Assembly (NCBI RefSeq): GCF_009914755.1
Contig: NC_060945.1
Length of the DNA: 64,000 bases
Direction: 5' to 3' (one strand)
DNA from: the human T2T-CHM13v2.0 reference genome, Homo sapiens
Shown: positions 1 through 14,212 of the stretch, piece by piece
Position numbering within the stretch: the stretch's first letter is position 1
How the letters are laid out: the number at the start of each line of letters is the position of its first letter
Notes under the pieces: generated by a model
Seen by the model: only the letters and a program-made list of their open reading frames with translations
What the model was told of the DNA's origin: nothing
Databases searched by the model: none
Made by a program: the position numbers and the translations under genes

Positions 1-1372
1 GCAGCTCTCCAGGGACAAACTCATAAAGCATAGTTTAAGAAAAAGATCCTTTCTCTAGTCACAAAGGTTATGAGACCAGCTCCCACCATGCCCACTGGGC
101 TCAGAAGAGTTTTGCCAGTAGGAAGGACATGACTGTCAACTCTTGACACTTAGGTTCCACTTCCAATCTTGACTCCAGCTCCCGGCACAGAGGAATACAG
201 ACAAGCCTATACTTCTTCCCCACCCTAAGCAACTGATACACCACAAGTGGTATCATAACTCAGACTGCAGCTGCTTCTCCAGAAACCAGGTGATAAAGAC
301 AAAACATGAGAAACCCTACAGAGAGGACATGGTGAATGTTATCTCATCCTGAATCTGGCCACAGACTGACTGGAACCATTAAGACCCATCAGGAAGAAAG
401 ATCCATCAGGAAGACATAGTCTGGCAATGATCTTTTCCCAGCCATTGGTTTTAGGGTATTCAAGTAATCAACAAAGATAACAAAAGTTGAAATACATATT
501 TAACCACACTATATGCTTACAGATTCTAAGCTAATCTACATAGCCAATAACAAAGGGAAATGTGCCTTCCAATCCAAAGTTCAGACAGGATATTTAAGGA
601 CCACAGTTTTAATTTTTTTTTTTTTAAAGATAAGGCTGCAAAGTCCACAAATGCTTATAAACCAGTGCCTCAACCAATACTTTTATCTTAAAGAAAAAAA
701 ATCAATTAGGAGGTCATTTGAGAAACTAGCTGTTTGCACCTAATTTTAAATGTAAACAATAAATAGTATAAGAATGCCAAACATTTTGTCAACTGACTAT
801 CCTATTGAAAAAAACAAACTTGGGAGAAATGAAACCTTAGAAAAAATGATATCCAATGAAATGGTTTCTGAAAGAAATCAAGCATAGGCTTACTTAGATA
901 AAAACTATTAGCAACAATGGTAATCATCATCCAGGGTAAAAAAAAAAAAAAAAAAAAAACTAATAAAAATTTGCAACTTTATATGCATATTTAGAATTGC
1001 TTGTAGAAACGTTTAAAAATAAGTTTAAACCTGAACCAGAAAAGAAAATTTTATCAGATGAGTCCCTTATATTCTAAGAATTCAGCACAGGCCAATAATA
1101 ATCTACCACCATATTGAAATAAGACTTTCCAAAGTCTTATTTAAATGTGCTTTAAGATATTATCTTTATTTCTGTTTTCAACAAAGGTATTATATTGCCC
1201 TTAAGAGATAATGCCACTAATGAAGTGAAGAAAAATGAAGCATGACTTTTCATCACTTCTAATGTTGAGTTCAGTGGGTACTTTCTGAGAATTATAGAAT
1301 GTTCTACACAAGGCCATCTAGACCTCCCTAATTTTGCCTTATTCAAAGAGATTAGTATTTTTGCATTCTTAC

Positions 1373-1562
1373 CTTTTCACTGAAACACTCAAGCAAGTCT
1401 TGGACATACCCTCGCATTTCTTGCAAAAATTTATACCGTTCACCAATACCCCCAGAAGACCCTTCTAATCTTTCAATAGCCCTGGTAGAGTCCACTCGGC
1501 TTTGCAGATGTTTCTCATGCTGCTGTCGATTTGTTTTGTGCAATTCTTTCATGGAGTCCAAC
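1373..1562 (-). CDS. PAXBP1: PAXBP1 coding exon 7 (190 nt; LDSMKELHKT...LLECFSEK); gene continues beyond the window
   Basis: Acceptor ttcctaag| and donor AAG|gtaaga. Cumulative CDS is 1383 nt = 461 codons. Confidence 0.96.
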
Positions 1563-2069
1563 CTTAGGAACACAAAAGGATAAATATAACACATTTACAT
1601 CCAAAGGTCTATGGTGTCAGGACTCTTGCAATATTAAAATATGCATTTAGCTCCACTATTAGAACATAAAAATATTTGGAATGGCATCTTTTCCTCTGTA
1701 CTGCTTTTTTTCTCAAAAAACAAAAAATGGCAGTTTACAGATTTCACAGTTTTGTGGGCTAACCAAAATCTCACTGTTTTGCTTTTCCCCCCATAGCGTG
1801 ACTACACTTTTTCAGAGTCCAAGAGGTACAAACTCAGAAATGTCTTCAACAAGATCATGGAGTGGCATTTTTTATAATTTTTCGAGGCTTCCACAGAAGT
1901 AATCCAAGAAGGTAGCAGAACAAAGTATGAAGTCATCTTCTGTTTAGCTTTTGAAGCTGGGCCAGTGAATCTTCTTTGCTGATATTCTGCATCTGCTACC
2001 CCAGACTACATGTTGCCTGAGGGAACAGAAAGCTAGCGGACAGGTCTTTAAGAAGTTGATCTGCCCTAC

Positions 2070-2287
2070 CTGTCTTTAAGCTGTTTCTTTACCAAATCAA
2101 TAGTAACGGGAGTCATCTCATTACTGGGAGTTTTGAAAGGGACTGTATTATCTGTTTTTTGAGATTTGGCATCTGATGATCCATAGGCCGTATAACTATA
2201 AGGAATGCCATAGGATGAGCCGTAAGGCATTGTCTGGTAAGTGTTCTGGTAGTACATATTCACTTCTGCGGGTTGACTGGCTTGAAC
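2070..2287 (-). CDS. PAXBP1: PAXBP1 coding exon 6 (218 nt; VQASQPAEVNMYYQN...KKQLKDR)
   Basis: Acceptor ttttctag| and donor CAG|gtaggg; frame is consistent. Confidence 0.96.
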
Positions 2288-2907
2288 CTAGAAAAGAAAT
2301 GGGATATAGATGAAATCTGGTAGTTAAAACTTTGAAAATAATAATATGCCTTTAGGGTTAAAAAATCAACAGCAAAAATTATACCTATTTGCCAAATATT
2401 ATGTAATAATTGCAGAATTCTTCAAAATTAGATAAAAGCAGGATTGAATGAATGTCCTATCTCTTGGTGGAATCACTAAATTTATTTCTAATAATTTTCA
2501 GAAAAACAGAGTTCAGAGTTGGAAGAAACATCAAAAATCATTTAAGGCCACCTTTGATCAATGAAAGAGGATAAATGCCTTGCCCATGGTCACAGAATCA
2601 ATGGGCAACCAGAGATTAGAATCTAAGACTCCTGACATCCAGTCCAAGACTTTCTCTATTGTGCCATTTTCTTAACTTCACCCAAATGTATGCGAATTCT
2701 GCCTCAAAACACTATTAACAAAAATAGGTTTACGTTTATGCAATTTTTCTCACTGTATTACTTACTTTTATAAAACAAATTGTTATAACTGGGAAGATAT
2801 TTTTCATCGATCTCAAGTTTTTTGTATTATTGAGAAATCCATCTTCTTCAAAATAATTCTTAAAGTCCAAAAAAATAAGCTACACGCACAAAAACATTCC
2901 ATTTAAA

Positions 2908-3092
2908 GCAATGGTTCTCAAACTTTAGTGTGCATCAGAATCACCTGGAGGGCTTGTTCAACAAAGATTGCTGGCCCCACCACCCCAAGCTTCTGACTCT
3001 GTAGGTCTCTGGGGGCTGATAATTTGGTAATTTGCGTTTCTAATGAGCTACCGGGTAATGCTAATGCTAACTGAAGGACCACTTTGAGAAAA
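2908..3092. mobile_element. MER5A-like hAT-Charlie MITE
   Basis: caatggttctcaaacttt...gcatcagaatcacctggagggctt...accactttgagaa termini. Confidence 0.8.
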
Positions 3093-3180
3093 ACTCATCT
3101 AAGAAATTGGAAATTCCTCCATCATTCTGACTGCAAAAAGCCGAACACACTGCAGTTTCTTCTAAAAGCCTACGTGTCTC

Positions 3181-3187
3181 TGTGTGC

Positions 3188-3226
<39 letters not shown>
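3181..3226. repeat. (TG)n microsatellite
   Basis: Direct reading. Confidence 0.97.
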
Positions 3227-3228
<2 letters not shown>

Positions 3229-3351
3229 TCCTCATGGGATTTTGTTACTTGAAATGAATGACAAAGATTCAATACGGAATTTTTTACTTTAACAAAATAA
3301 AAAAGGCTTTTTAATCTACTTTTAATTTTTAGTTTAATTCTTTTGTCGTAC

Positions 3352-3455
3352 CTGAGGGATATTAATTCCTTTCCTTATCTGCTCCTGTTCCCATCGGCTG
3401 AGCTCTTCATCCTGTTCTCCAGTTACTAAAGCATCATCATCACTCCCCTCAATTC
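3352..3455 (-). CDS. PAXBP1: PAXBP1 coding exon 5 (104 nt; GIEGSDDDALVTGEQDEELSRWEQEQIRKGINIPQ)
   Basis: Acceptor ctgtag| and donor CAG|gtacga. Contains the WEQEQIRKG motif and ends in phase 0. Confidence 0.96.
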
Positions 3456-3957
3456 CTACAGCCATGAGCAACAAAGAAAAGTAAGTAACACCCAAAGAGC
3501 AAAGAGGTAAAAGATGCTGTCCTGACATTTCACAAGAACTGAGCAAAACTATTAACTCAATCTTACTAAAATGTCTAATATGATCTCCTCTCTCATTTGG
3601 TAGTCCTGACTTTGCCTGTTTTAAACACAGTATTCCTTGAAGCTAAAGGCAGTATTAATGTAATAGTTAAAATCTTGGATGTGTTTCTTAATCTCTGTAA
3701 ACTTGACATCAACAAAGGGAACAAAATCTAATGCCTCCTAGGAATATAGAACTATATGAATTTACGCATGTAAACTGCTAAGCACAATACCAGCTGCACA
3801 ATAAATGTTCAATGAACATGAGTTATCACAATGATATTAGTTTTTAAAAATTCCAATAAAACACTTGTACCCAAGAATAGTCCTCTAACATAAAATTTAG
3901 TAAGTCTAAATACTTTTTACTTGACTATAATATCAAATCACATTTAATAGCATTAGA

Positions 3958-4348
3958 GGCCATGCATGGTGGCTCATGCCTGTAATCTCAGCACTTTGGG
4001 AGGCTGAGGCATGGTGGCCCATGCCTGTAATCCCAGCACTTTGGGAGGCTGAGGCATGGTGGCTCATGCCTGTAATCCCAGCACTTCGGGAGGCCAAGGC
4101 AGGAGGATCTCTTGAAGCCAAGAGTTAAGACACCAGACACAGTGAGACCCCATAACTACAAAAAAATTAAAAATAAAAAAATTAGCCAGGTGTGGTGACG
4201 CACACCTGTAGTCCCAGCTACTCGAGAGGCTGAGACAAGGGTGACTGTTTGAGTCCACGAGTCAAGACACTGCAGTGAGCTATGATTGTACCACTGCACT
4301 CTGGCCTAAGTGATGGAATGACACCCTGCCTTAAAACAAACAAAAAAA
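3958..4348 (+). mobile_element. AluJ-type element with a triplicated 45-bp 5' segment
   Basis: Alu consensus; repeat units start at 3964, 4009 and 4054. Confidence 0.9.
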
Positions 4349-4388
4349 GGCAATGCAATAGGCTTACTATTCAATTAAATCAAGTTAC

Positions 4389-4610
4389 CTATTTCCTCAG
4401 CAATTTTTTGTCTTTGTGACTTTTCTTTCACAGAAAAAACTATCCGGCGTTTCTCATCGTCATCTTCATCATCACTGGCATCATTCTCATCTTCTCTAAC
4501 AAGGCGGCCTTTACCAGGCTCATTATCATGAGGAGTGAAATCTCCCAATTCTCGGGCCATTTGGCGCTTTTTCCTTGCAGCATGTATAAAAGCTGCATCT
4601 GGAATTTCTC
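4389..4610 (-). CDS. PAXBP1: PAXBP1 coding exon 4 (222 nt; GEIPDAAFIHAARKKRQMARE...IAEEI)
   Basis: Acceptor tttctag| and donor TAG|gtaact. Contains the GCFC-family IPDAAFIHAARKKR motif. Confidence 0.97.
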
Positions 4611-4892
4611 CTAGAAACAAATGGTAAGAATATGGCAGTATGAGAGATGCAAAGTTTCTATTTTCTTGAAAATATGAAGGGTAAAATAATCCAAGATAGC
4701 CTCATCACAGTGATGTTTCAGCTGCTGGCACCTCCTTCCCATACTATGTCTGCAATCCAAAAGATTGTTAATTGAGTTTAAATGGAATATAAAAGTCACT
4801 GAGGAAACTAAAAAGAACATATAATGGTAATATATATGGGAAAGAGTGGGACGGGGTAAAAAGGAAAAACCCACCAAAGCAGTTTTATTTTA

Positions 4893-5293
<401 letters not shown>

Positions 5294-5996
5294 CTATATG
5301 ATGTATAGTACATTTCTCTTGCAGATAGTTTTTAGTTTACCTGTAATCATACTAAATATTTAATTTTGTACCTATTTCTCATATCATAATAAGTTTTATT
5401 CCATGTTATTGTTCTCCATAAACATAATTTTTAATGGTTTAACATTTTCTGCATAGATAAGGCATAATCTACCGCACACATTAACTGACCTTTTGAGTAT
5501 AGCAAAAATTAATGCCTCCCTACTTGCCTAATTGTTAACAGTTACATAATATCCTATCAAGTAAATGTACTGTAATTTTCTAACAAACCTTTCCCCTCCT
5601 GCTAGACATTTTTTCCTAAATGTTGCTCATTGCAAATGTTCCAATAAAAACATGGTTTCCTTGGGATAAATCTCTAGATATGAAATTACTGGGTCAAGAG
5701 TAAGAACATTTTGAAATCTATTGATTCATATTGCCAAAGAGCTTCCCATAAGGACTGTACCAATCAGACTGCCACTAGTGATGTATGTATAGAATTTACT
5801 ACAACTTTCTCAGCCCAGAGTAGCATATTTTTAAATTGTATAAACATTAACAGGAGTTAAATGGTACTGCTTCATAATTTAAATCTGGCTACTAAGCACT
5901 TATTTATTCAAAGGCTGATTAGCCAGTGGATAGACCTGCAAACTATTTTTTGCAGAAAAGTAAAAAGGAGTGTGGACATAAAACTAACAGAAATTA

Positions 5997-6349
<353 letters not shown>

Positions 6350-6640
6350 TTAAGTCAGTCTTAATCTGAAATACATTAAAAAGGACTACAGGACCATTTT
6401 TCCATTTACTTGAAGACTTATTTGCAAAATACAATTACCTGTCTGTGAATAAACTTGGAAAAGTTGGGAAACTTCTGGTTCTCCTATTTTTTATATTTGC
6501 AAATGGAAAAACTCCCTCTTCAAACAGCAATGTCATAATAAGAAACACCACTCAGCTAATTCCTTCTTAATAATCATCTTTAAAGATGGCCCATTCTTGA
6601 GGGTTTAGTTTAGTTCTGAGAAATACTTTTGAGTACACAC

Positions 6641-6817
6641 CTGGACGAAGAACATTCAATGAAGATAAAGCATTTGAAAAAGCTCCACCAGTCTTTGGCT
6701 TTTCTTCCTCTTTTTCACTTTCCATATCCATTTCATCTTCACCATGTTCACTGATGATAACTCCATCTTCTTGATTTGTATCCTTAACATGTCCTGTTTT
6801 GTCCAAAGGTTGTTCAC
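6641..6817 (-). CDS. PAXBP1: PAXBP1 coding exon 3 (177 nt; SEQPLDKTGHVKD...NVLRP)
   Basis: Acceptor atttag| and donor CAG|gtgtgt. Overlaps ORF 6567..6806; phase 1/1. Confidence 0.95.
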
Positions 6818-8152
6818 CTAAATTTTTGAAGAATTAAAATATATGTAAAATAAAATTCATAAATTAAGAAAGTTTATTCCAATGGTATTGACATCATTAA
6901 AAATTTTTTTAATTAAAAAAAGGGGAACTTTTCATTCAATTATGGGCTCAATCCAGTAAAGCTTGAATTAATTGTTTGTTAAAAACTCATAACTCTTGAG
7001 TGTGTGAGTATGAAACAGCATAACAGACAGGATTAGGTAAAAATAATACAGAGGATGTAATAAAGGATGCATTTGAGGCCCTGCTCCATTCCACCTTCAG
7101 TTAATTTTATCAAAATGTCAACAATTTATCAAAATTAACTGTTTTTTCTGCTAAACTCCCACAAGGAACTGCTTGTACCTCTTTCAAGCATTACTTCATT
7201 TTATGTTAGTATTTCATTAAACCCTAAGCCCATGCGAGGCAACTCTGTTATGAACAAAGCACATTTACAGTCCAGCTAAGTCTCTTAGTAATGGACACTT
7301 ACATGGAATACCTTCTTAGCTCAAAACCACTTGTCACCTATCACCTAAAGAGATGAGATCCCAGCAGTCACATTTACACTGTGCAAGCCTGACCCCACTA
7401 CCACGACTCAATGTTTAAGAGTGGACTTCTGACTGAAGCAGAGATAACCAGATTCTCTTTCTGGGAATCTGGAATCAGGACTGAAACTAAAGGCTACATG
7501 AATATGTAAACTAGGAAGGGAGCTGAGGAATGGCCACATTGTGCCATCTGGACAGAGAAGAGAGCCTCCTAATTCTCAGTTCTAATCCACTCCTGAGGCC
7601 CATTTCAAGATTGCTTTCCTGCCATTGTCATCCAGGAGGCACCACTACATCTTAATGATAAACTGTCCTGGTTTACATTACTTACAATTAAATAATCCTA
7701 ATACAGCCTCTGTCCCAGGCAAAAATCGAAGTGCTTCACCTTGAAGCACTGAACCTGGTAATGCTCACAACAGGCACAAGGAATATACTGAAAGAGTAAA
7801 GCAAAAGTTTATTCTCAATATGAAAGATATTTTTCTGTCATTTCCTTAGAATGTTCCTGTCCCCAAAACTGCTTCAAACTTCTTCCTTCTTCTCAAACCA
7901 TACTGTACTCCCTTAAGTAACAGTCCCAGAGATAACATCCCTCCCCTCTTTTTAACTTTACCAAGAAGATTTTAGGTAACCTCTTTTAGGCTCTTTCATT
8001 TTTTTTCTTTTTTTTTTTTCATTTACCATTTTCTCATTACCCAGACTTCCCTCTGAAATGGATTATGAAGCTATAAGGTTTTAAAACTCACTTTATCACA
8101 TTATTAGATGGAGTAAAAACTACCTATTTCCTTTTGCTCTAAACCCATGCTA

Positions 8153-8449
<297 letters not shown>

Positions 8450-9787
8450 TTACCCATGCTAAACCAATGGCTGTTAATGGACTAAAAACAAAAGCACAAA
8501 AGGTCTACTACATCAGATATGCTCAGATAATGAATGATTCCTACAAATTTTAGGATTCAATGTTTCATTAAATTCACAAGTATTTGCTTATGATTGAGCA
8601 AACACAAGCCGAAAGCATGGTGATATGTGAATGTCAGTGGTCACATGTTACCCTTCCAGACATCTCTATATAGATGTTAAATAACCTTTTTCAAGGCTCC
8701 ACTCATGCCTTCAATTTCATTTACTACTACTTCAGGAAACCTGCTCACAATTATTACCCACTTCACCTTAAACCTGGTCAGGCTCTCCCTCTCCTCTTCT
8801 ACAAAGAGGGACAGGCTTCTCTTCATCAAAAGAGCTTTCCCACTTGACTCCATTGGTCCCTCTAGTTATTGCCTAGTCTCTCTCTGCCAAACTTCCCAAG
8901 GAAGCAGTGTGGACCTGCTGCCCTCTACTTCCTCTCCAACTTTTGTGCCTTGACCCTACAAACAGCCTTTGATTTCACCCAACCTAACCCAATGGCTGCA
9001 GCCACGGCTAATTCATATATGATAGCATCATCAAGCAATTTAGCAAAAGATGTTCCTTCTTCCAAACATCTCTGAGGGCACTGGGTCTGGCTGGTGGGCC
9101 ACTCCCATCCATCCTGTCAGAAGCCCTCAAGAGAAACGCTGGGCAATCTTGCCAATAGCCCCTCCTTGGTCCTCACTTTTCCTGACTTTTCTTGTACTAG
9201 TTCACACAAGCGACCATCATCTTCCTGAAACATTCTTCTCTTTTCCTCTTTGGCCTTCCTGATTCTTTTATCTCTTTGGTAAATCCCTTCCTCTACATGT
9301 AGGCTTACTAGAGTAGAAGTCTTTGGTCTTCAGGAATTTTTCCTTTATATACGGCTCCCTCATCAATTCCATTCACCTTTAATTATCACCGCAATAAGCA
9401 CCACCCCCAAATCTACATCTCTAGGTATTCACTGACTACTTCCACTCAAATTCAAATTAAAAAGAGAACTCATTATTTTAAGAATATCAGAAAAATGGGG
9501 TTCTCAAGTCAATACCGTGGTTATTTTGAAGTTAATTGTCTCTGCCTACTATAGAGGGTTGAAGGTAGGAAGAGTTCTGGATTGCCAATTAATGACAGAC
9601 CTTCATTTCAGTGTTACCAATGACAACCTACAATACAATCAGACTCCGCCTTCAGAGGACATTAATTGGAGTTATCTAGTGAGTGGAGTATCAGAATTCA
9701 ATGAGGATAGAAGGATGGAAGAGGTCAGAGATGGCTTCATCAACTTCACACTTGTTTCAATTTCTAAACCCAACAATAAATGGCAAC

Positions 9788-10142
9788 TAATATGGTTTGA
9801 CTATGTCTCCATCCAAATGTCAACTTGAATTTTATCTCCCAGAATTCCTACGTGTTGTGGAAGGGACCCAGGAGGAGGTAACTAAATCATGGGGGCTGGT
9901 CTTTCCCGTGCCATTCTCATGACAGTGAATAAGTCTCACGAGATCTGATGGGTTTATCAGGGGTTTCCGCTTTTGCTTCCTCCTCATTTTCTCTTGCTGC
10001 CGCCATGTAAAAAGTGCCTTTCACCTCCTGCCATGATTCTGAGGCCTCCGCAGCCACGTGGAACTGTAAGTCCAATTAAACCTCTTTTTCTTCCCAGTCT
10101 TGGGTATGTCTTTATCAGCAGCATGAAAACAGACTTAATACA
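9788..10142 (+). mobile_element. THE1 (THE1A/B-like) MaLR solo LTR
   Basis: atatggtttg...aattaaacctcttt...aataca termini; TSD gcaac/acaac. Confidence 0.88.
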
Positions 10143-10340
10143 ACAACCATGACAACAGGCCTTTCTCAGTTGTCACTTATCCTGACCTTTCTTTTACTCT
10201 CATCATATATAGTTGGTCTCAAGAATTCTGAGGAAAATAAGGCAGTTTCCTAGACTCCAAAATAACCAGTTCTCCTAAAAACATTCCTCCTTCCACTTGC
10301 CTTCTCTATTCCTATATATAATTATTCATAACCAAGACAC

Positions 10341-10690
10341 CCTATGGTTTGAGTGTCCTCTCCAAAACTCATGTTGAAATTTAATTGCCATTGTAACGTT
10401 ATTAACAGGTGGGGCCCTTAAATGGCAGTTACAACATGAGAAGGTGAATGCCATTATCCCAGGAGTTGGCTCCTGATAAAAGGATGAGTTTGGCAGGATA
10501 TTCTCTCTCTGTCTTGGAGACTCACCTGCCCTTCTACCATGTTATGACAACATAAAGGCCCTTAGTAGATGCCTGTGCCATGCTCTTGGCCCTCCCAGAC
10601 TCCAGAACTGTCAACCAAATAAACTTCTATTGTTTATAAATTACCTAGTCTGTAGTATTGTTACAGGAGCAGAAAATGGATTAAGACACT
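10341..10690 (+). mobile_element. MST/MLT1A-type MaLR solo LTR
   Basis: ctatggtttgagtgtcc...aataaacttct...ttaagaca. Confidence 0.8.
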
Positions 10691-12119
10691 CCAGGACAAA
10701 AGCTCAAATTTGACTCTTTCTTTTAAATCCAATATGGCAAAGTGTATATTAAGCCTATCAATTCTTCCCTTGGAATGGTTCTCAAATCATTCTTTCTTTC
10801 CACTTCTCCCCCTAAAACAACAGAAAACATTTTTAACTCATCCAGAATTTCCTACTAAATCAGTAGAAGCCTTTACTCTTGCTCAACTGTGAGACCTTTT
10901 TAAACCCACTATTAATGGATCAAAGCTGGCCCTTGAGTTTAAACTGCTTTAGGCCTCCAATCTCTCCTCATGCTGCATGTTAATACCAGGCTAAAGTTTC
11001 AAAACGCATTTATCATGTCACCATCTTGGCAAGCCACTGTAGCAAATGTAAACCCTTACTGGATACTGAACATCCTTCACAATCTGTCAACGTATCTTTC
11101 ACATGAAACTTCTAACTACTTCCTTCACAAATCATCTACTCTGACCTGTCAGGTGCACTTGTTCTTTTCCAAAACAGCTTTAGTCATTTTAATCCTTGAT
11201 CATACCCCCAATACCTTCCCTTTCGGAATTTTAACTATCAAAGATCCATCTTCGAGTCCCACTTTTTCCATAAAGCAGTCCTCTCTCCTCTGAAAGAGTA
11301 GCCACCCTTTGGAACACTGATTGAACATTTTGCCAAACACTGAGTCCTCTTACACATTTATGAGATATTGTCTTCACATCTAGATTGTAAATTTGAGATA
11401 CAAAGCCATACTTTTTCACAATAAGCCTGTAAGTGAGAATCTGGAAAATCATGATTTTCTCATTAATTCCATAAAATAAAATAGCATTTGCAGGAGAATA
11501 ACTCAGACCATAGAATATTATACTGGATCCACTTTCCTAAAGACAAAATAACCGCTTAAAATTTTTTAAACTGAGGTTTTGAGAGACATAAGAGATGTCT
11601 GTACAATATACCTGCCTCATTATTCTAAGGAGTCTTCATCTAGTATCAGATAAGGCTGCTGAATGGGAGTAATACTAATATTAAATTTAGGGCATTCCTA
11701 AAAGTTCTCTAAGAATAAAATCCACTGTGGAAATACCACCAAAGAAATCGCAAATCTGTCTCTACAAAATACAAGAATTTGCACAACACTCCTTCAAACA
11801 GAAATAAACCTGTGTCTTAGGCTAAAATGAGAAACCTTCTTTCTCTGTTCAACAGCAGTCTGCACACAAGTAGGAAAACTGTGAGAGAATCTAGTCATTG
11901 CAGCAGAAATGTTCCAGTGGCAACAATTCTGTCTTCTTATAAAATACATTTACAAAGCATCTGTGTTACAATTAAATAACAGAACTGTATTGCTACTCAA
12001 TAAGGGCCCTTGACAACCACAGGGTCCACTGAATGAGTTCAGAAGATATACAGCAAATCACTGTGAGAAAGAGCTTTCATTTTGTCATTTCAAAAGAATT
12101 CAATTAGTTTGGTACTTAC

Positions 12120-12248
12120 TTTCAGCTGATGAGTTGAGTTCTGTCTTAATCTTCGATTTTTCAAGATCTTCTTTATATTCCTTCTTGAGCAATTTTACTA
12201 TCTTTTTGCTATAACTTGATTTCTTCACTTTGAAAACTTCTTCATTTT
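12120..12248 (-). CDS. PAXBP1: PAXBP1 coding exon 2 (129 nt; ENEEVFKVKKSSYSKKIVKLLKKEYKEDLEKSKIKTELNSSAE)
   Basis: Acceptor ttcctttttaag| and donor |gtaagt. Open in the frame continuing from exon 1. Not in the ORF track. Confidence 0.95.
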
Positions 12249-13631
12249 CTTAAAAAGGAAATTAAATGAAGTCTGTAGCAACTATTTTCTGAAAATATTT
12301 TCCCTTCTTTCACATGATCTTACGTGCTGTCCAAATTATCCCAAATATATATACTCATATGCCAAAATCATTGTATAATTATTTCAAGTCTGTCACAGAC
12401 TCAAAAACAGAGGTCAACTTCCTAAATTACTGTGAAGTAATGAGATTTTTGAGACTTTTTAAAGGAATAGCACATGTAACTTCACAAAATTTTCCTATTA
12501 TTGTCGTCCTTAAATCATCTATTTGAGAGGGGAAAAAATCATTCAAAATGTTTCTGAAAAACCACATCACCAAGTTATTAACGAATCCGAAACAAAATAT
12601 CTAAAATAAAAAGGTGCTGTCAATTCTGAGTAACTACATCCACCACAAGCTGACATAGTGGTTTTAAAGCTAAGGTAAGGGCAAATCACTTTTCTTTGAT
12701 TTGAAATTTTAAAAGTACTAAATACTTAAAAAAAAATAGCTCATGTATCTCAAAAACAAAAATCTGTCTGTACTCCTCTCAAACCAAATAAAGAGTAACA
12801 GAAATGCCAAAGATAAACTACCTACCTTACTGGAAACCTCTCGAATAAAAATGCAAGATTTACAAAACTTAATTTCTTTTTTCGTAACATGGAATTAACT
12901 GGGTTATGCACATTCAAATGGTCAGAAGAAAAGATTTAAGGCTCATTTAAGATCAGCAATCTAAAACCACTGCAGCCTGGCCTCCCACAGGAATTGGAGA
13001 AACTACCTTGCTTTTACTATTTTTACACCGTCTTGCTTCACTGTTCCCAAAGTCAGTGCGAAGAAGGCTGGGTATCTGCTACCCCTAATTACTTTTATGG
13101 GTAAACTGAGGCTCAGCGACTGCAAGGGACTGGCCCAAGGTCACTCAGAACCAGAGCTGCAACTCCAGGCTTCTGTTCCCTCTCCTAGTATTCCTTTTTA
13201 CAAACTCGGCCTTCATGGTCGAGGATGCCTGGACAGAGCATCCAAGAAGTGTGGGCGCAGTGACCTGCAGAGGGCTCGGAAAGCATGCCAAGAGCAGCCA
13301 GGGGACCCACACCAAGTTGGCCCTGAAACACGCCAGGCAGAAAAGAGGCAGGACAGGGAACACCGAATTTCCCCTGAAACACTCTGAATGCCTGATCTGA
13401 GCTCCGGCCCCGTGGCAGAGGAGGTGGTTAAGAAAAGGCTGGGGGCAGCGCGGGAACGCGTCCCTTGCCCGAGCAGAAGGCCGGAGGCTGGGGAAGATTC
13501 GCAGCCGGTCGGACGGCAGGGGACTCCGTTCCAGGGCTCCGGGGCTGGGCGTCCAGAGAATACGGGGGCGGGGGACGGGGGCCTGCGTCGGGGATGCGGC
13601 CGTCTAAGGGCGTCCGAAGCGCGCACTTTAC

Positions 13632-13974
13632 CTTCCTCCTCGTCCTGGAAGCTGAGCAGGCTGGCCCGGGGCACCTCTTTGTTCTCGCGAGGCCTCTTGC
13701 GCGGCTTCAGCCCGTTGCCGGGCTCCGCGCCGCCGGGGAAGCCGCCCCCGGCCTCAGCCCCGAGGCCCGGGGTCAGCGCGGAAGGCGGCGACGGCCCCGG
13801 GCCCAGCAGCGACTCCCCGCCAGGGGCCCTGTCGCCGCCACCGGGGCCCGCCTCTTCGCCCGTGCCCGGCGGCGGCAACAACGGCGGCGGCTCCTGCTCC
13901 TCATCGCGTTCCCGCTCTTCCTCTTCGGAGTCGTTCCGCTTGCGCACGTTCACCCGCCGGGCCTTTCGGAACAT
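13632..13974 (-). CDS. PAXBP1: PAXBP1 coding exon 1 (343 nt; MFRKARRVNVRKRNDSEEEE...SFQDEEE)
   Basis: ATG at 13974-13972. The translation matches the PAXBP1/GCFC1 N-terminus. Donor AAG|GTAAAG at 13632/13631, phase 1. Confidence 0.97.
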
Positions 13975-14151
13975 CCCCGCGGCCCGCACGGCGGTCGAAT
14001 ACTCGCTTCCACACCGCGGCCCCGGCAGCGCCGAGCTCGTGACGGCGCACGCGCGCTCTCCGGAGCTCCAGCCGGGTCGAGTCCTCTGTTGCTACCGCGC
14101 ACCCCACGAGCGCGCATGCGCCTATGCTCCCACGCGCTCTCAATACTTGGA

Positions 14152-14159
14152 GAAAGAGA

Positions 14160-14209
<50 letters not shown>

Positions 14210-14212
14210 GAG
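14152..14212. repeat. (GA)n microsatellite in the bidirectional promoter
   Basis: About 60 bp of nearly pure GA repeat. Confidence 0.97.

Noticed and set aside
1352-1372. Read-through of exon 7 to a stop (…KVRMQKY*) as a separate short protein
   Set aside because: A strong donor is present. Intron retention is possible but cannot be supported from sequence alone.
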